Shown piece by piece: positions 32,290 to 43,563 of a stretch of DNA of 64,000 nt (position 1 is the stretch's first letter; every line of letters begins with the position of its first letter). Both the position numbers and the translations under genes were made by a program. Where the stretch lies: assembly GCA_042568575.1 (NCBI GenBank), contig JBHPIO010000001.1, forward strand, positions 162,285 through 226,284, written 5' to 3'. Origin of the DNA: Patescibacteria group bacterium. GTDB taxonomy: Bacteria; Patescibacteriota; Gracilibacteria; UBA1369; PNNO01. The notes beneath the pieces are model-generated. The model did not search any database, was not told the origin of the DNA, and saw only the letters and a program-made list of their open reading frames with translations.

Positions 32290-32470
32290 CCTAAATCGTT
32301 CACTTCGTTTACGCCGAAGAAGGTTTTGCTACACAAAACTCGCTCTGAGTACTTAACCATCCGATTCGTGCTTCGCACACTCCATCGTACTTTCTCTACC
32401 TACTCAATCAGTCGCTTCGCTTCTTCTTCGTAGCTAGATCTAGCACCTTCGGGCTCGAGATTAGTTCTCT
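32290..32470. repeat. Mini-hairpin-rich intergenic element (GCTTCGC/GCGAAGC); shares a 20-mer with 51367-51386
   Basis: GTACTTAACCATCCGATTCG at 32349-32368; GCTTCGC at 32370 and 32414. Confidence 0.5.
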
Positions 32471-32521
32471 TCCTACTCATAGAACCTCAAAAAGATCCCA
32501 CTCGTAGCAAGTGGAACTTAA

Positions 32522-32598
32522 TGGTGGGCTTGCGTGGACTTGAACCACGGGCCTCGTCGTTATCAGCGACGCGCTCTAACCAGCTGAGCTACAAGCCC
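32522..32598 (-). tRNA. tRNA-Ile(GAT)
   Basis: GGGCTTGTAGCTCAGCTGGTTAGAGCGCGTCGCT-GAT-AACGACG...GTTCAAGTCCACGCAAGCCCACCA. Confidence 0.97.
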
Positions 32599-32713
32599 AC
32601 ATATTTTTTAGCTGCTAATTATAACAGTAACAGCTCGACTATTTTGCCAAAGTTAAACCTGTTTTGCAAGATGATTTTAATGTAATATGCTTTATGAAAT
32701 TAAAAACATCACT

Positions 32714-34690
32714 ATGATCATTCCCCTTCTAAAACGCTTATCTAAATTCATTAATAAGCATAAGCAAACGATTTTTATTGTCGGCACTCTTTTAACCTGG
32801 ACTGGTGTTATTTTCTTCAAGCAAGGAGGACAGAGCCTTCTTGTTCATTACATGTGGCCAAGCATTGTTTTTGTAAACTTCTGTCTTATCTGCCGGTTCA
32901 AGATGTTTAAAAACAACTTTAGCATCCTGCACTTGCTGGCAATTCTTAGTGTTATTTTCTTCTTTATCACTTTTATTACCGATCTCTCCCCTTCCGATGG
33001 ATCGCTTGAACTGATGAATATCAGCGGAGGTATTCTTCTTGCAATTGTATTGAGTCAGCTTAATTGGAATAGAAACAAATTGATGCTACTTTTTGTCATA
33101 ATGATAATCACGATAAGCATTGTTGATGTATGGGGAATCATTAGTTACGCAACAGCGCATCCTTTTAATAGACTCGCTGGACCTTTAATGAAACCACACG
33201 AAGCTTTTGCTGGATTTCCAAATCTAGCAGCAAATCTGAACTTAATGATCCTTATTCCTGCTTTTTATCTGTTTGTTGAAAGCCTTAAGAAAAAAGGCAT
33301 TCATAAAATAAGCTTCTTTATCGTAAATATACTTATACTTGCAAGCCTGGTTCTTACATATTCTCGTGCTGCATGGGCAAGTGCGGGCCTTGTTATCGCA
33401 ATTGCTGCAATTGTTTTGCTTATCAAATATAGAAAGAATGCCAAGGAAAGTCTTACATACATTAAAAGCGGCGTTCTAGTAGTACTTATAAGCCTCCTTC
33501 TTGTAACAGCATTAAACGGAGTTCGAAGCATGAACGAAGAAACCGAATCAATCCAAGATAAGATTGCATTCCAATCTGGAGATGAAGGAAGTTCAATTGA
33601 AGAACGAATAGCATCATTCGAAAGAGGAATTCAAATGGTAAAATCATATCCATTAACAGGTGTCGGGGCTGGCAGCTTTAACTATATATCTCAAAGTTCT
33701 GAACAAGATTTTAGTACACTCTCAAGCTACCCATATAGCCTTCCTGTAAAGATAGTTGCCGAACATGGAGTTATCGTATTCTTATTACTTGTTGCCTGGT
33801 TAGTATCAGTAATCGTAAAAGGATTAAGATCCGACCAACCATACACTCTTGTCGCTGCGCTTACTTTAGCGATTTTATTGATCCATCATTCGATCGATAA
33901 TAACTTCGATTTCTTTGCAGCTAGCCTCCCCTTCTTCATTTTAACTGGGTTTATTTGGAAGCCTACAAAAAAGAAATCAACAATAAACAATGGATGGCTA
34001 CTTGGCCTCGTACTTCTTATTACCTTAGTCGGTCTCGCATTTGTGACATATGAAGGGTGGTATGGACGATATTATGTACAAGGAAGAAATGCTGCAGGAA
34101 GCGGCAATCACGAAGAAGCGTATAAAAAATATGAACAATCAGAGTCGCTGATATTTGAGCGCGATGCAAAACTTGCAACAGCTTTAAGCGCGTGGGAGTT
34201 GTACAAAAATAGTGATCAAATTAAATGGCTTGAAAAAGCTAAAAGCAAAGCCTCAAGCTATCGAGAAAATGAAAACCCTTTAGATCGAAGAGGAAGTTTG
34301 TTGTTAGCTAGAATAGATCTTGAACAAAAAAACTATCCAGAATGTCTTGAATGGGTTTATGACGCGCAGACAATCGGAGGTGAAAATTACTTTGAAGCTG
34401 ACTATTATGAACTACTCTGTTTACAAGGCTCAAACGAACAGGTAAAGATCGAAGAATTTGCTGCAAACATCAAACCAAAGCTTGAGAAGTACCTTGAGCT
34501 ATTAAAAGTCAATTCGCACATGGCAGTCCTAACAGATAATCCTAAATTTGCTATATATATACTGGAAGAACTCAAAGAAAACAGTGATGATTTCACTACC
34601 CTATACGAAGAAATGTACGAAACTGGCAAAATGGAGCTTGAAAAGTTCCACCAGAAATACGGAATAGAAGCTGAATCTATTTACAAATAA
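32714..34690 (+). CDS. O-antigen ligase (Wzy_C)/O-oligosaccharyltransferase-like membrane protein with TPR-like C-terminus
   Basis: About 12 TMs; FPNLAA, LTYSRAAW, YPLTGVGAGSF, VAEHG. Confidence 0.8.
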   Translation: MIIPLLKRLSKFINKHKQTIFIVGTLLTWTGVIFFKQGGQSLLVHYMWPSIVFVNFCLICRFKMFKNNFSILHLLAILSVIFFFITFITDLSPSDGSLELMNISGGILLAIVLSQLNWNRNKLMLLFVIMIITISIVDVWGIISYATAHPFNRLAGPLMKPHEAFAGFPNLAANLNLMILIPAFYLFVESLKKKGIHKISFFIVNILILASLVLTYSRAAWASAGLVIAIAAIVLLIKYRKNAKESLTYIKSGVLVVLISLLLVTALNGVRSMNEETESIQDKIAFQSGDEGSSIEERIASFERGIQMVKSYPLTGVGAGSFNYISQSSEQDFSTLSSYPYSLPVKIVAEHGVIVFLLLVAWLVSVIVKGLRSDQPYTLVAALTLAILLIHHSIDNNFDFFAASLPFFILTGFIWKPTKKKSTINNGWLLGLVLLITLVGLAFVTYEGWYGRYYVQGRNAAGSGNHEEAYKKYEQSESLIFERDAKLATALSAWELYKNSDQIKWLEKAKSKASSYRENENPLDRRGSLLLARIDLEQKNYPECLEWVYDAQTIGGENYFEADYYELLCLQGSNEQVKIEEFAANIKPKLEKYLELLKVNSHMAVLTDNPKFAIYILEELKENSDDFTTLYEEMYETGKMELEKFHQKYGIEAESIYK

Positions 34691-34744
34691 GGATTTTTCT
34701 TGTATTAATAATACCCGACCCTTTTAGCAATAAGAGACTTCGGT

Positions 34745-37519
34745 ATGATTCCTCTCTCCAAAATTATAAAAAAAGCGTCATACTTAAATAGCAAGGAGGC
34801 CGATCTAGTAGAGAAGGCATATAATTTTGCAAAGAAAAACCATAAAGGACAAGAAAGGAAATCAGGAGAACCATATTTCAATCATCCAATCCGTACTGCA
34901 TTAATACTTACTGAATACAATGCAGACGTAGAAAGCATTTGTGCCGCACTTTTGCATGACGCGCTGGAAGACACGGAAGCTTCTTTTGACGATATTAAGA
35001 AGCTTTGCGGCGAAGAGATTGCCAATCTGGTCGCAGGAGTAACTAAGTTCGGAGAAGAGCATTTCAGGGGCAATAATCACCTTGAAAGAAAAATCGAGAC
35101 ACTGAGAAAGCTTTTCACTGTTATGGAAAAAGACATTAGAGTTATTATCATCAAACTCTGTGACCGATTAGATAACATGAAGACTCTAGACGCCTTATCT
35201 GAAGATAAACAAATAGCATTCGCTAAAGAAACCTTAAAAGTTTATGTGAAAATTGCAGATAGATTATGTATGCAAAGAATGAGAAATGAACTTGAAACAC
35301 TCTGTACCTATTACCTAGATAGAGATCAATACACGAAGTTCTTAGTTGCAAAAAAGAATGGACTCGCAAATAAGAAACTTATAAAGTCAGTTAATGATAG
35401 TTTAAAAGAGAAAGATAGAGAAGATATAATAACAAAAATTAGATTCGTCCCAATAGAGATGTGTGATTTTAAAGAAGGAACCTACGGCAAAAAAGATTAT
35501 TTTTGTACTGTTACAACTAAATCAATTGAAGACTGCTATAAAGCGGTTTTTTATGTTCATAGTTTGTGGGAAAGCATTAGAACTTCATTCAACGATTTCA
35601 TTAATCGTCCTAAAATTAATGGGCATAAAGCATTATATTCAAAAGTACTAACAAGCAAGGAAAGAAGCATCTATTTTAGAATCAGTACACAGGAATGGGA
35701 AACATATTATGTTAACGGTATAACTACGTACTGTTTCTCAAAAAATGATAAAGGAATTAAAGGGCAAAAGGGTCTCGACTGGATTAAAAATCTCAAAGAA
35801 ATTAATAAAAAAACGCAAGGACATAGCGATTCATACTGGAAAGGTCTTCAGAACGATATATTGAAAAACACAATTCTGATTTACGGAAAAAATGATGAAG
35901 GAATAATTCTACCTGAAAACGCAACTGCCCTTGATGCTGCATTCTATATGCACAAGGAAAAAACACTGTTTCTAGACGAGATATCCGTTAATAACAAGCC
36001 GGTACCGTTATTCCATAAACTCAGTAATAATGACATAATAAAATGCACTTTCGACACAAAAGAAACAGCTCATTATCAGTGGTTTAACCATATAGAAACA
36101 ATAATCGCAAAAGGATTTATACAAGATTTCCTTCACAAAAAAGAAAAAGAAAAGAAGATTAAGATTGGGAAAGAGCTTTTGCAAAAGGAATTTATAAAAC
36201 ATCAGAAAGGATTCGTTAATGAGGTGTCCACTTCTGAAATTACGCGCGTCCTTAGCTTAAGTGAAGCCTCTTCATTAGAAAAACTATATGGCTCTATTGG
36301 CGAAGGAAAAATTACTCCAGAAGAAGGTTTTATTTATTTCTTTCCTTATGAGGATAAAAAGAAGAAAAAATCGAGTCACAAAATTACTGTAACTCTTCGC
36401 AAAGATTCAATGCTAGATGTAATCGCACTCTTTCCGAATACACCTGACACAAGAATCAGGTTCTCGGACTGCAATACTAAAGGAATAACGAATCTTACAG
36501 CAAATGTGTACCTTCATTCCGACTTAACGCTCAAAGATCTAATTAAGGGCATTCAAAGAGTTGATGGAGTTGAGTCTGTTAAGGATGAAAACATAACAGA
36601 AAAAAGAAAAGCCAATATTTATACAGGCCTCCTCGCCTTTCTGTGGGGATTAGACCCGATCCTCGCATATTTATTGCTTAAAACAGGAATATCACCTCTT
36701 CCATTTACGGCATTAAGATTTTTCACAGTAGCGATATTTCTTGGAATTGTTGTTCTACTCTCAATGAAAAAAATAAAAAAACAATCACGGTTCTCCATGT
36801 GGCGTATTTCATTCGGATTATCAGTAGTATTCTTGATTGCCACCGCATATGCCACCTACTATTCACTCTCAAACACCTTCCCGTCAAACTATCTTTTAAT
36901 ATTACATTTATCAATATTACTTACGTTTATATTCGATTCAGTAAAAAGAAATATTAAAAAAATATTCAGCAAAAATTCTATTTTAAATATATCTTTATTA
37001 GCTTTCGGCATATTGTTGTTTCTTTACTTCAACAAAGCAAGCATTACTACAACTGCAACGCTTTTGCTCGTTCCAGTAATATTTTCAGCTTACACATTAA
37101 GCACAGAAAAATATTGTAAGACAGAAAACATTAAAGCCAGGCAGACAATGATGATTTTCCTCTTTCATGTTATTGGAGCAATACTATTGTCCCCCTTTAT
37201 ATTCACACTCTCTTTGTCGTTTTCGTTTTATCAATACATTTTATTAGCTGCCTTTTTTACTATATTTTGTGGCATATCGTACCTTTTGTACTCTGCAAAA
37301 GTGCAAGAAATAAGCAACTATATTCTTCTCTCAATTTTTATATTCATTGGAATTGCCGATCTGATTGTGGAATCATTCTTTGTACCAATGCATGTGACAC
37401 TTCTAAAACTCCTATACGTAGTAGTAATAGATACAGGTATTTTCTATGCAATATTCAAAAAAACATCATCTGAAAAGAAAGAATACAATCTTGTTTCTCA
37501 GATAATATTAAGACGATGA
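34745..37519 (+). CDS. RelA/SpoT homologue (HD hydrolase, degenerate synthetase, TGS, ACT-like) fused to C-terminal EamA/DMT transporter
   Basis: HKGQERKSGEPYFNHP, LLHDALEDT, IKLCDRLDNMKTL; LPENATALDAAF (TGS); from about 36617 roughly 10 TMs starting LAFLWG...FTALRF. Confidence 0.85.
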   Translation: MIPLSKIIKKASYLNSKEADLVEKAYNFAKKNHKGQERKSGEPYFNHPIRTALILTEYNADVESICAALLHDALEDTEASFDDIKKLCGEEIANLVAGVTKFGEEHFRGNNHLERKIETLRKLFTVMEKDIRVIIIKLCDRLDNMKTLDALSEDKQIAFAKETLKVYVKIADRLCMQRMRNELETLCTYYLDRDQYTKFLVAKKNGLANKKLIKSVNDSLKEKDREDIITKIRFVPIEMCDFKEGTYGKKDYFCTVTTKSIEDCYKAVFYVHSLWESIRTSFNDFINRPKINGHKALYSKVLTSKERSIYFRISTQEWETYYVNGITTYCFSKNDKGIKGQKGLDWIKNLKEINKKTQGHSDSYWKGLQNDILKNTILIYGKNDEGIILPENATALDAAFYMHKEKTLFLDEISVNNKPVPLFHKLSNNDIIKCTFDTKETAHYQWFNHIETIIAKGFIQDFLHKKEKEKKIKIGKELLQKEFIKHQKGFVNEVSTSEITRVLSLSEASSLEKLYGSIGEGKITPEEGFIYFFPYEDKKKKKSSHKITVTLRKDSMLDVIALFPNTPDTRIRFSDCNTKGITNLTANVYLHSDLTLKDLIKGIQRVDGVESVKDENITEKRKANIYTGLLAFLWGLDPILAYLLLKTGISPLPFTALRFFTVAIFLGIVVLLSMKKIKKQSRFSMWRISFGLSVVFLIATAYATYYSLSNTFPSNYLLILHLSILLTFIFDSVKRNIKKIFSKNSILNISLLAFGILLFLYFNKASITTTATLLLVPVIFSAYTLSTEKYCKTENIKARQTMMIFLFHVIGAILLSPFIFTLSLSFSFYQYILLAAFFTIFCGISYLLYSAKVQEISNYILLSIFIFIGIADLIVESFFVPMHVTLLKLLYVVVIDTGIFYAIFKKTSSEKKEYNLVSQIILRR

Positions 37520-38437
37520 GCTTAACTCCTCGAGCATTTTAGATGCAAGGTTTTTCGCCGAAATGTAACATACATGCTTTAATACTTTGCAACCACCCAG
37601 TTCCCCTCTGATAATCCCTACCTGTGTAAAGCCTAACTTTTTAGAAAAATTTGTAGAAACTGCATTTAAAGTTAATTCTTCTTCTTGACCTGAATAACCT
37701 ACAATTATTTCTGACACAATGCCTGTATCATCTAAACTGCTCAAATCCAATTCTTTAAAAGCGGCGTATGATAAAAGCTTCATAACATCAGAAGATCTTC
37801 CTCCATCTGATTTTCTTGCCCTTAAATAATCGTGTATCCAAAAAATATTCTTCTTATCAACATTCATTCCTCTCATATTTCCCCTTACTTCTTCATATGG
37901 AGGACCATGTATAGTATCAAAATATATTGAGCTATTATTTTTTGGATCATGTTGATCACTAGGTGGATATACAAAATCCACCAAGGCCAAAACCCTTTCA
38001 ACTCCATCAATTTCCCTCTTCAAAACATACATCTTATATTCTGGACATCTGAAATCTTTCCTCAAATCTTCAGCCGTTGGAATAAAAAACATTCCACCAT
38101 AAGTTTCAAAATCTTTTATTCCTCCTGGATTCCCATCATGAACCGATCTACTTTGATATAATTCAACTATTTGCGGAATATCTGCTTCTGTTGCAACCAC
38201 AATCCGTTCTTTTTGCTTAACGCTTTCAACTCCTGAAGTAACAATATCTCGAACAATTTGCTCTTCTGGAAACATAGCCATTTGCTCAGATGCATCTGGG
38301 GCTTCTTCAATTGATACAGTGTTATCTCTACTATCAACAACGTCTGTTGCACAAGAAGTAAACCTTGGCCCCTCTACTCTAACGGCATCTAATACCGTAC
38401 CACGTGTTTCTGGTCTTTTTTTTAAAGGCTCAACCAT
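37508..38437 (-). CDS. Hypothetical protein with GNAT-like acetyltransferase domain
   Basis: IVVATEADIPQIVELY at domain start; NAVSTNFSKKLGFTQVG at end. Confidence 0.6.
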   Translation of the reverse strand: MVEPLKKRPETRGTVLDAVRVEGPRFTSCATDVVDSRDNTVSIEEAPDASEQMAMFPEEQIVRDIVTSGVESVKQKERIVVATEADIPQIVELYQSRSVHDGNPGGIKDFETYGGMFFIPTAEDLRKDFRCPEYKMYVLKREIDGVERVLALVDFVYPPSDQHDPKNNSSIYFDTIHGPPYEEVRGNMRGMNVDKKNIFWIHDYLRARKSDGGRSSDVMKLLSYAAFKELDLSSLDDTGIVSEIIVGYSGQEEELTLNAVSTNFSKKLGFTQVGIIRGELGGCKVLKHVCYISAKNLASKMLEELSSSS

Positions 38438-38455
38438 ATATATTCAAACAAGAAA

Positions 38456-38998
38456 TTAATTAAATAAAGCTTTTGCATGTATAGCATACATTTTTCTTTC
38501 ATCTTCATCCATACCCAACAGCTCATCAATAGCTTTTTCCATTTCAAGAGGAGAAATATCTAGTTTAATTTCTTCATTAAGATCACTTTCATCTATACTT
38601 GAAAGCTTATCAGAAAATACTATATAGGCAACAATAGAAGATCCATTTATTACTCTAGGGTCACCATCTACTTCATATTCTAAAAGTTTCGTAAATAGTA
38701 CTAAAGAAACCTCTTCGTCATTACTTCGCGTTGAAAGAAAAGTATCAATTGAAGCCGCAACTACTCTGATATATGTTCTTATTCTCAGACGCTCATCAGT
38801 ATTCTCAGGCGTAAATTCGCTGCCCATTTCTCCTGAAGGCACTCCCCTTTGATCATCTGCGGCATCAAGAACTTGAATTACACCATTAGCTTCAAGCGGA
38901 TCATGCTCACCACCACTGGTATCAATTATGCCATCAGATTCAGGGAAATCGTCCTCTCCTGAACCACCAAACCCATCTTTTCCTTCACCATCTCTCAT
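38456..38998 (-). CDS. Acidic hypothetical protein
   Basis: 180-aa ORF; upstream TTGACA-N14-TGT-TAATTT promoter (39058-39030). Confidence 0.75.
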   Translation of the reverse strand: MRDGEGKDGFGGSGEDDFPESDGIIDTSGGEHDPLEANGVIQVLDAADDQRGVPSGEMGSEFTPENTDERLRIRTYIRVVAASIDTFLSTRSNDEEVSLVLFTKLLEYEVDGDPRVINGSSIVAYIVFSDKLSSIDESDLNEEIKLDISPLEMEKAIDELLGMDEDERKMYAIHAKALFN

Positions 38999-39086
38999 AA
39001 GAAAACATTATACAAATTTCGGGGTAAGAAAATTAACATCTTTTATGGATTTTGTCAAACCAAAAAAGCGTTAACCACAAATTCTC

Positions 39087-39163
39087 TGGTGGAGCAGAGG
39101 GGAGTCGAACCCCTGACCTCCCGCGTGCAAGGCGGGCGCTCTAGCCAACTGAGCTACTGCCCC
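39087..39163 (-). tRNA. tRNA-Ala(TGC)
   Basis: GGGGCAG...CCCGCCT-TGC-ACGCGGG...CTGCTCCACCA with G3-U70. Confidence 0.97.
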
Positions 39164-39178
39164 GAATTGTAAATAATA

Positions 39179-39547
39179 CTATTCTTCGCTTTCTTCAGCC
39201 TCTTTTTCTGATTGCATATCGTTATGCTCCTTATCAAGTTCTTTTTCAATCTTTTCAACATCCTTCTTTTTATCAGCACCCTTAGTGTGATCTTTCTTCC
39301 ATATCATGTTATGAACTCCATCTCCAATGATGTCTTTAAATGAGAATATCGTCCAAACAACAAATAAAACAAGAAATGGATAGCTTCCGATCTGCCACGC
39401 ATAGATTATAAGTAGCGCAGATCCTATAAAATTAATGAAATCGTATTCAAAATCCGTAGTTTGCCATCTTCCGATTTGATTCATAAGGAATCCAACCATT
39501 AAAACAAGTGCGCCTATGAACCCGATAATTGTGTATGCATCTAACAT
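39179..39547 (-). CDS. CBU_0592-like three-TM membrane protein with charged tail
   Basis: IGFIGALVLM, YDFINFIGSALL, SYPFLVL...W. Confidence 0.7.
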   Translation of the reverse strand: MLDAYTIIGFIGALVLMVGFLMNQIGRWQTTDFEYDFINFIGSALLIIYAWQIGSYPFLVLFVVWTIFSFKDIIGDGVHNMIWKKDHTKGADKKKDVEKIEKELDKEHNDMQSEKEAEESEE

Positions 39548-39621
39548 AATATTTTTAGCTAAAGGTTTTTACAACAAGCAAAAGTTTATAGAAAATGAAC
39601 TTAAGCGTCAAGAGATTTGAA

Positions 39622-39651
39622 ATAAGCCGCGATAATTAAATTGCGGCTTAT
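39622..39651 (-). terminator. Terminator hairpin downstream of 16S
   Basis: ATAAGCCGC/GCGGCTTAT stem just beyond the 16S processing stem. Confidence 0.7.
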
Positions 39652-39665
39652 ATTCTGAGCGTTTA

Positions 39666-39692
39666 TAACACTCAGAGCGTAATAGAGAAGCC
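39666..39692 (-). other. 3' arm of 16S processing stem (pairs with 41365-41391)
   Basis: 26 of 27 positions pair (including G-U) on the minus-strand RNA. Confidence 0.85.
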
Positions 39693-39780
39693 TTTCTCAA
39701 GCATAGCTTGAGACTCGACCATGAAAAACTGGTAATCTTTATCGAGAAAATCGATATCGATCCGTTTAACATGTCTCCTT

Positions 39781-41246
<1,466 letters not shown>

Positions 41247-41386
41247 ATAATTGAAGCGATAGCAACAACGAATTGTTGCTATCGGCTGTTTGTATCAATT
41301 TGTAACAACAAGGGTTGAAGTTGTTGTTACGGTTTTTTGTTCGTTTGTTCAAAATGAATAAACAGGTTTCTCTATTACACTCTAAA

Positions 41387-41475
41387 TGTTAAAGAACGAA
41401 TTGGTTCCCTTTTTTTCTAGAACCGCACCCTAAAAATGCTGGTCTATACTACTTGAGCGGAAACAAAGAAGTCAA
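41387..41475 (-). promoter_or_regulatory. 16S promoter (TTGACT-N18-TAGTAT) and boxA (CGTTCTTTAACA)
   Basis: -35 at 41475-41470, -10 at 41451-41446, boxA at 41398-41387. Confidence 0.7.
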
Positions 41476-41548
41476 GAGATTTTATAGGAAATATCTTACT
41501 TTTTTTGGTATAATGTACTGAGATCTAATTTTCTAACGTAAACAACCC

Positions 41549-42193
41549 ATGCCAACACAAAATACAGGTGGTAGCCAAAGTAGAACTCACGGCCAATTCA
41601 CACCTTTGACAAGTCAACTTATTCCAACGGTTATTGAAAAAAGTAATTTTGGAGAAAGAGCATACGATATATATTCACGACTTTTAAAAGATCGTATCGT
41701 ATTTCTTGGAAGTGGAATAAATGATGCTGTTGCAAATACAATTATTGCGCAGCTTCTTTTCCTTGAAAACCAGGATCAAGATAAAGACATTACTCTTTAT
41801 GTACACTCCCCTGGTGGACATGTAACTGCAGGACTCGCAATTTACGATACAATGCAGTACATAAAGCCAAAAGTATCAACAGTTTGTGTTGGTATTGCAG
41901 CTTCTATGGGTGCTGTGCTTCTTGCTGGTGGTGAAAAAGGAAAACGTTTCACTCTACCTAATTCAGAAGTAATGATTCACCAACCTCTTGGTGGAACAGA
42001 AGGACAAGCATCTGATATCAGAATTCACGCAGACCACATTATTAAAACAAGAGACACACTTAATGGAATCTTAGCGAAACACACAGGACAACCTATTAAA
42101 GTCATCGAAAAAGACACTGATAGAGATAACTTTATGAGTGCTAAAGATGCTCTTAAATATGGTTTGGTTGATAAGATTATTGAGAAGAAGTAA
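41549..42193 (+). CDS. clpP: ATP-dependent Clp protease proteolytic subunit
   Basis: [29 protein letters not shown]. Confidence 0.98.
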   Translation: MPTQNTGGSQSRTHGQFTPLTSQLIPTVIEKSNFGERAYDIYSRLLKDRIVFLGSGINDAVANTIIAQLLFLENQDQDKDITLYVHSPGGHVTAGLAIYDTMQYIKPKVSTVCVGIAASMGAVLLAGGEKGKRFTLPNSEVMIHQPLGGTEGQASDIRIHADHIIKTRDTLNGILAKHTGQPIKVIEKDTDRDNFMSAKDALKYGLVDKIIEKK

Positions 42194-42258
42194 TGGTCTT
42201 CCAAAACAAAACGTTTCTCTGTACAATACATGCGTAAAAAACGCTAATAATTTTCTTT

Positions 42259-42840
42259 ATGTTTAAAAAATCACTTTTATTACTTCCTGCTGCACTTCTC
42301 GTATTTACTGGTTGTTTTGGCGGAGGTGAAGATACTTCGGAAGACGGTCAACTTCAAAACTTTACAACTTTTGAATCTACAACTTTTAGTATAAGTAAAC
42401 CTCAGCAGTGGAAAGTCATTGAACCAAAAGATTTCTCAAACGATATCCCAAGTGAAACTCAAATTATTTTTAGAAATAACGTTCTTGATGACAGATTTAC
42501 AGCAAATGCAAATGTAACAAAGAAAATCCTCAAATCGCCAATGAGTTCTTATGAATTCGGACGATCTGAAATTAGCGAAACTAAAAATACTCTACTTAAT
42601 TATAAAGAAATTAGTCGTGACGAAGAATTTAACCTAGTCGTGAGTGGTCAAATGCAAAAGTCCATTCTGATTATGTTTGAAGGAAAGCAAACAGAAGCCG
42701 AGCCAACTATTCGAATCGTGCAAGTTTATGCCGTAAACGGCACTGATGCCTACACCGCAACATCCGCTTATCTTCTTGAGGCAGATGATGCAGCAGTCGA
42801 CAACGCAAAAAATATCGTAAAATCGTTTAAGATTTTGTAA
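42259..42840 (+). CDS. Lipoprotein, PsbP/DcrB-like fold
   Basis: Lipobox FTGC; FSISKPQQWK near N-terminus; IVKSFKI at C-terminus. Confidence 0.65.
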   Translation: MFKKSLLLLPAALLVFTGCFGGGEDTSEDGQLQNFTTFESTTFSISKPQQWKVIEPKDFSNDIPSETQIIFRNNVLDDRFTANANVTKKILKSPMSSYEFGRSEISETKNTLLNYKEISRDEEFNLVVSGQMQKSILIMFEGKQTEAEPTIRIVQVYAVNGTDAYTATSAYLLEADDAAVDNAKNIVKSFKIL

Positions 42841-42850
42841 TACGATATCG

Positions 42851-42900
42851 TTGACTTAGGATTTAAGACCGTTTATTATCTTAGCCAGGAATTATTCCTA
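42851..42900 (+). promoter_or_regulatory. Promoter TTGACT-N17-TATTAT with palindromic operator AGGAAT-T-ATTCCT
   Basis: Palindrome at 42887-42899 next to the predicted TSS of the Fe-S operon. Confidence 0.6.
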
Positions 42901-42912
42901 GTATCTATAAAT

Positions 42913-43557
42913 ATGAACGAGCCACAAACGAATAAAAAACAGGATGGAGTTGGATGGGCGTACTCAGAAGCAGTAAAAGAGCACTTTTTTAGTCCTAAAA
43001 ATATACTGACTGATCCAGAAAACTATAAAGCAGACGGCGTTGGATATGTTGGTAGTCCCGCGTGCGGCGACATGATGAAAATGTGGATTAAAGTTGATAA
43101 AATGACCGACACAATTGAGGAATGCAAATGGCAGACTTTTGGTTGTGCTTCAGCGATCGCTTCAACTTCCGTTCTGTCTGAAATGGTAACTGAAAAAGGC
43201 GGAATGTCATTAGACGATGCAATGGAACTTCGTCCTCAAGATATAGTAGATAGACTTTCTGGTCTTCCGGATAAGAAAATTCACTGTTCAGTTCTTGGAG
43301 ATAAAGCTCTTCGTGCTGCTATCAACGATTACTTTAGAAGCAGTGGCCAAGAAGATCGATGCAAAAAAGAAGAAAAAAAAGTGATTTGCAGATGTCTTGA
43401 TGTTACAAATCTTGAAATTGAAGATGCCGTACTTGAAGGCAAACAAACATTCGAGGATGTGCAAAAGAAAACTAAATGCGGAACTGGATGTGGAGCATGT
43501 AAACCTAGAGTCGAGCGTCTTATTGAGGAGTATAAACTCCAATACTTTGGTGAGTAA
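42913..43557 (+). CDS. nifU: IscU/NifU-type Fe-S scaffold with C-terminal BFD-like [2Fe-2S] domain
   Basis: SPACGD, FGCASAIAS, KIHCS; CRC...CGTGCGAC. Confidence 0.9.
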   Translation: MNEPQTNKKQDGVGWAYSEAVKEHFFSPKNILTDPENYKADGVGYVGSPACGDMMKMWIKVDKMTDTIEECKWQTFGCASAIASTSVLSEMVTEKGGMSLDDAMELRPQDIVDRLSGLPDKKIHCSVLGDKALRAAINDYFRSSGQEDRCKKEEKKVICRCLDVTNLEIEDAVLEGKQTFEDVQKKTKCGTGCGACKPRVERLIEEYKLQYFGE

Positions 43558-43563
43558 TAAACT

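Noticed and set aside
32157-32378. N-terminal 74-aa extension of the giant ORF, including an apparent TM
   Set aside because: Runs through a consensus promoter, T-rich intergenic DNA and the hairpin element; GTG 32156 is the likelier start.
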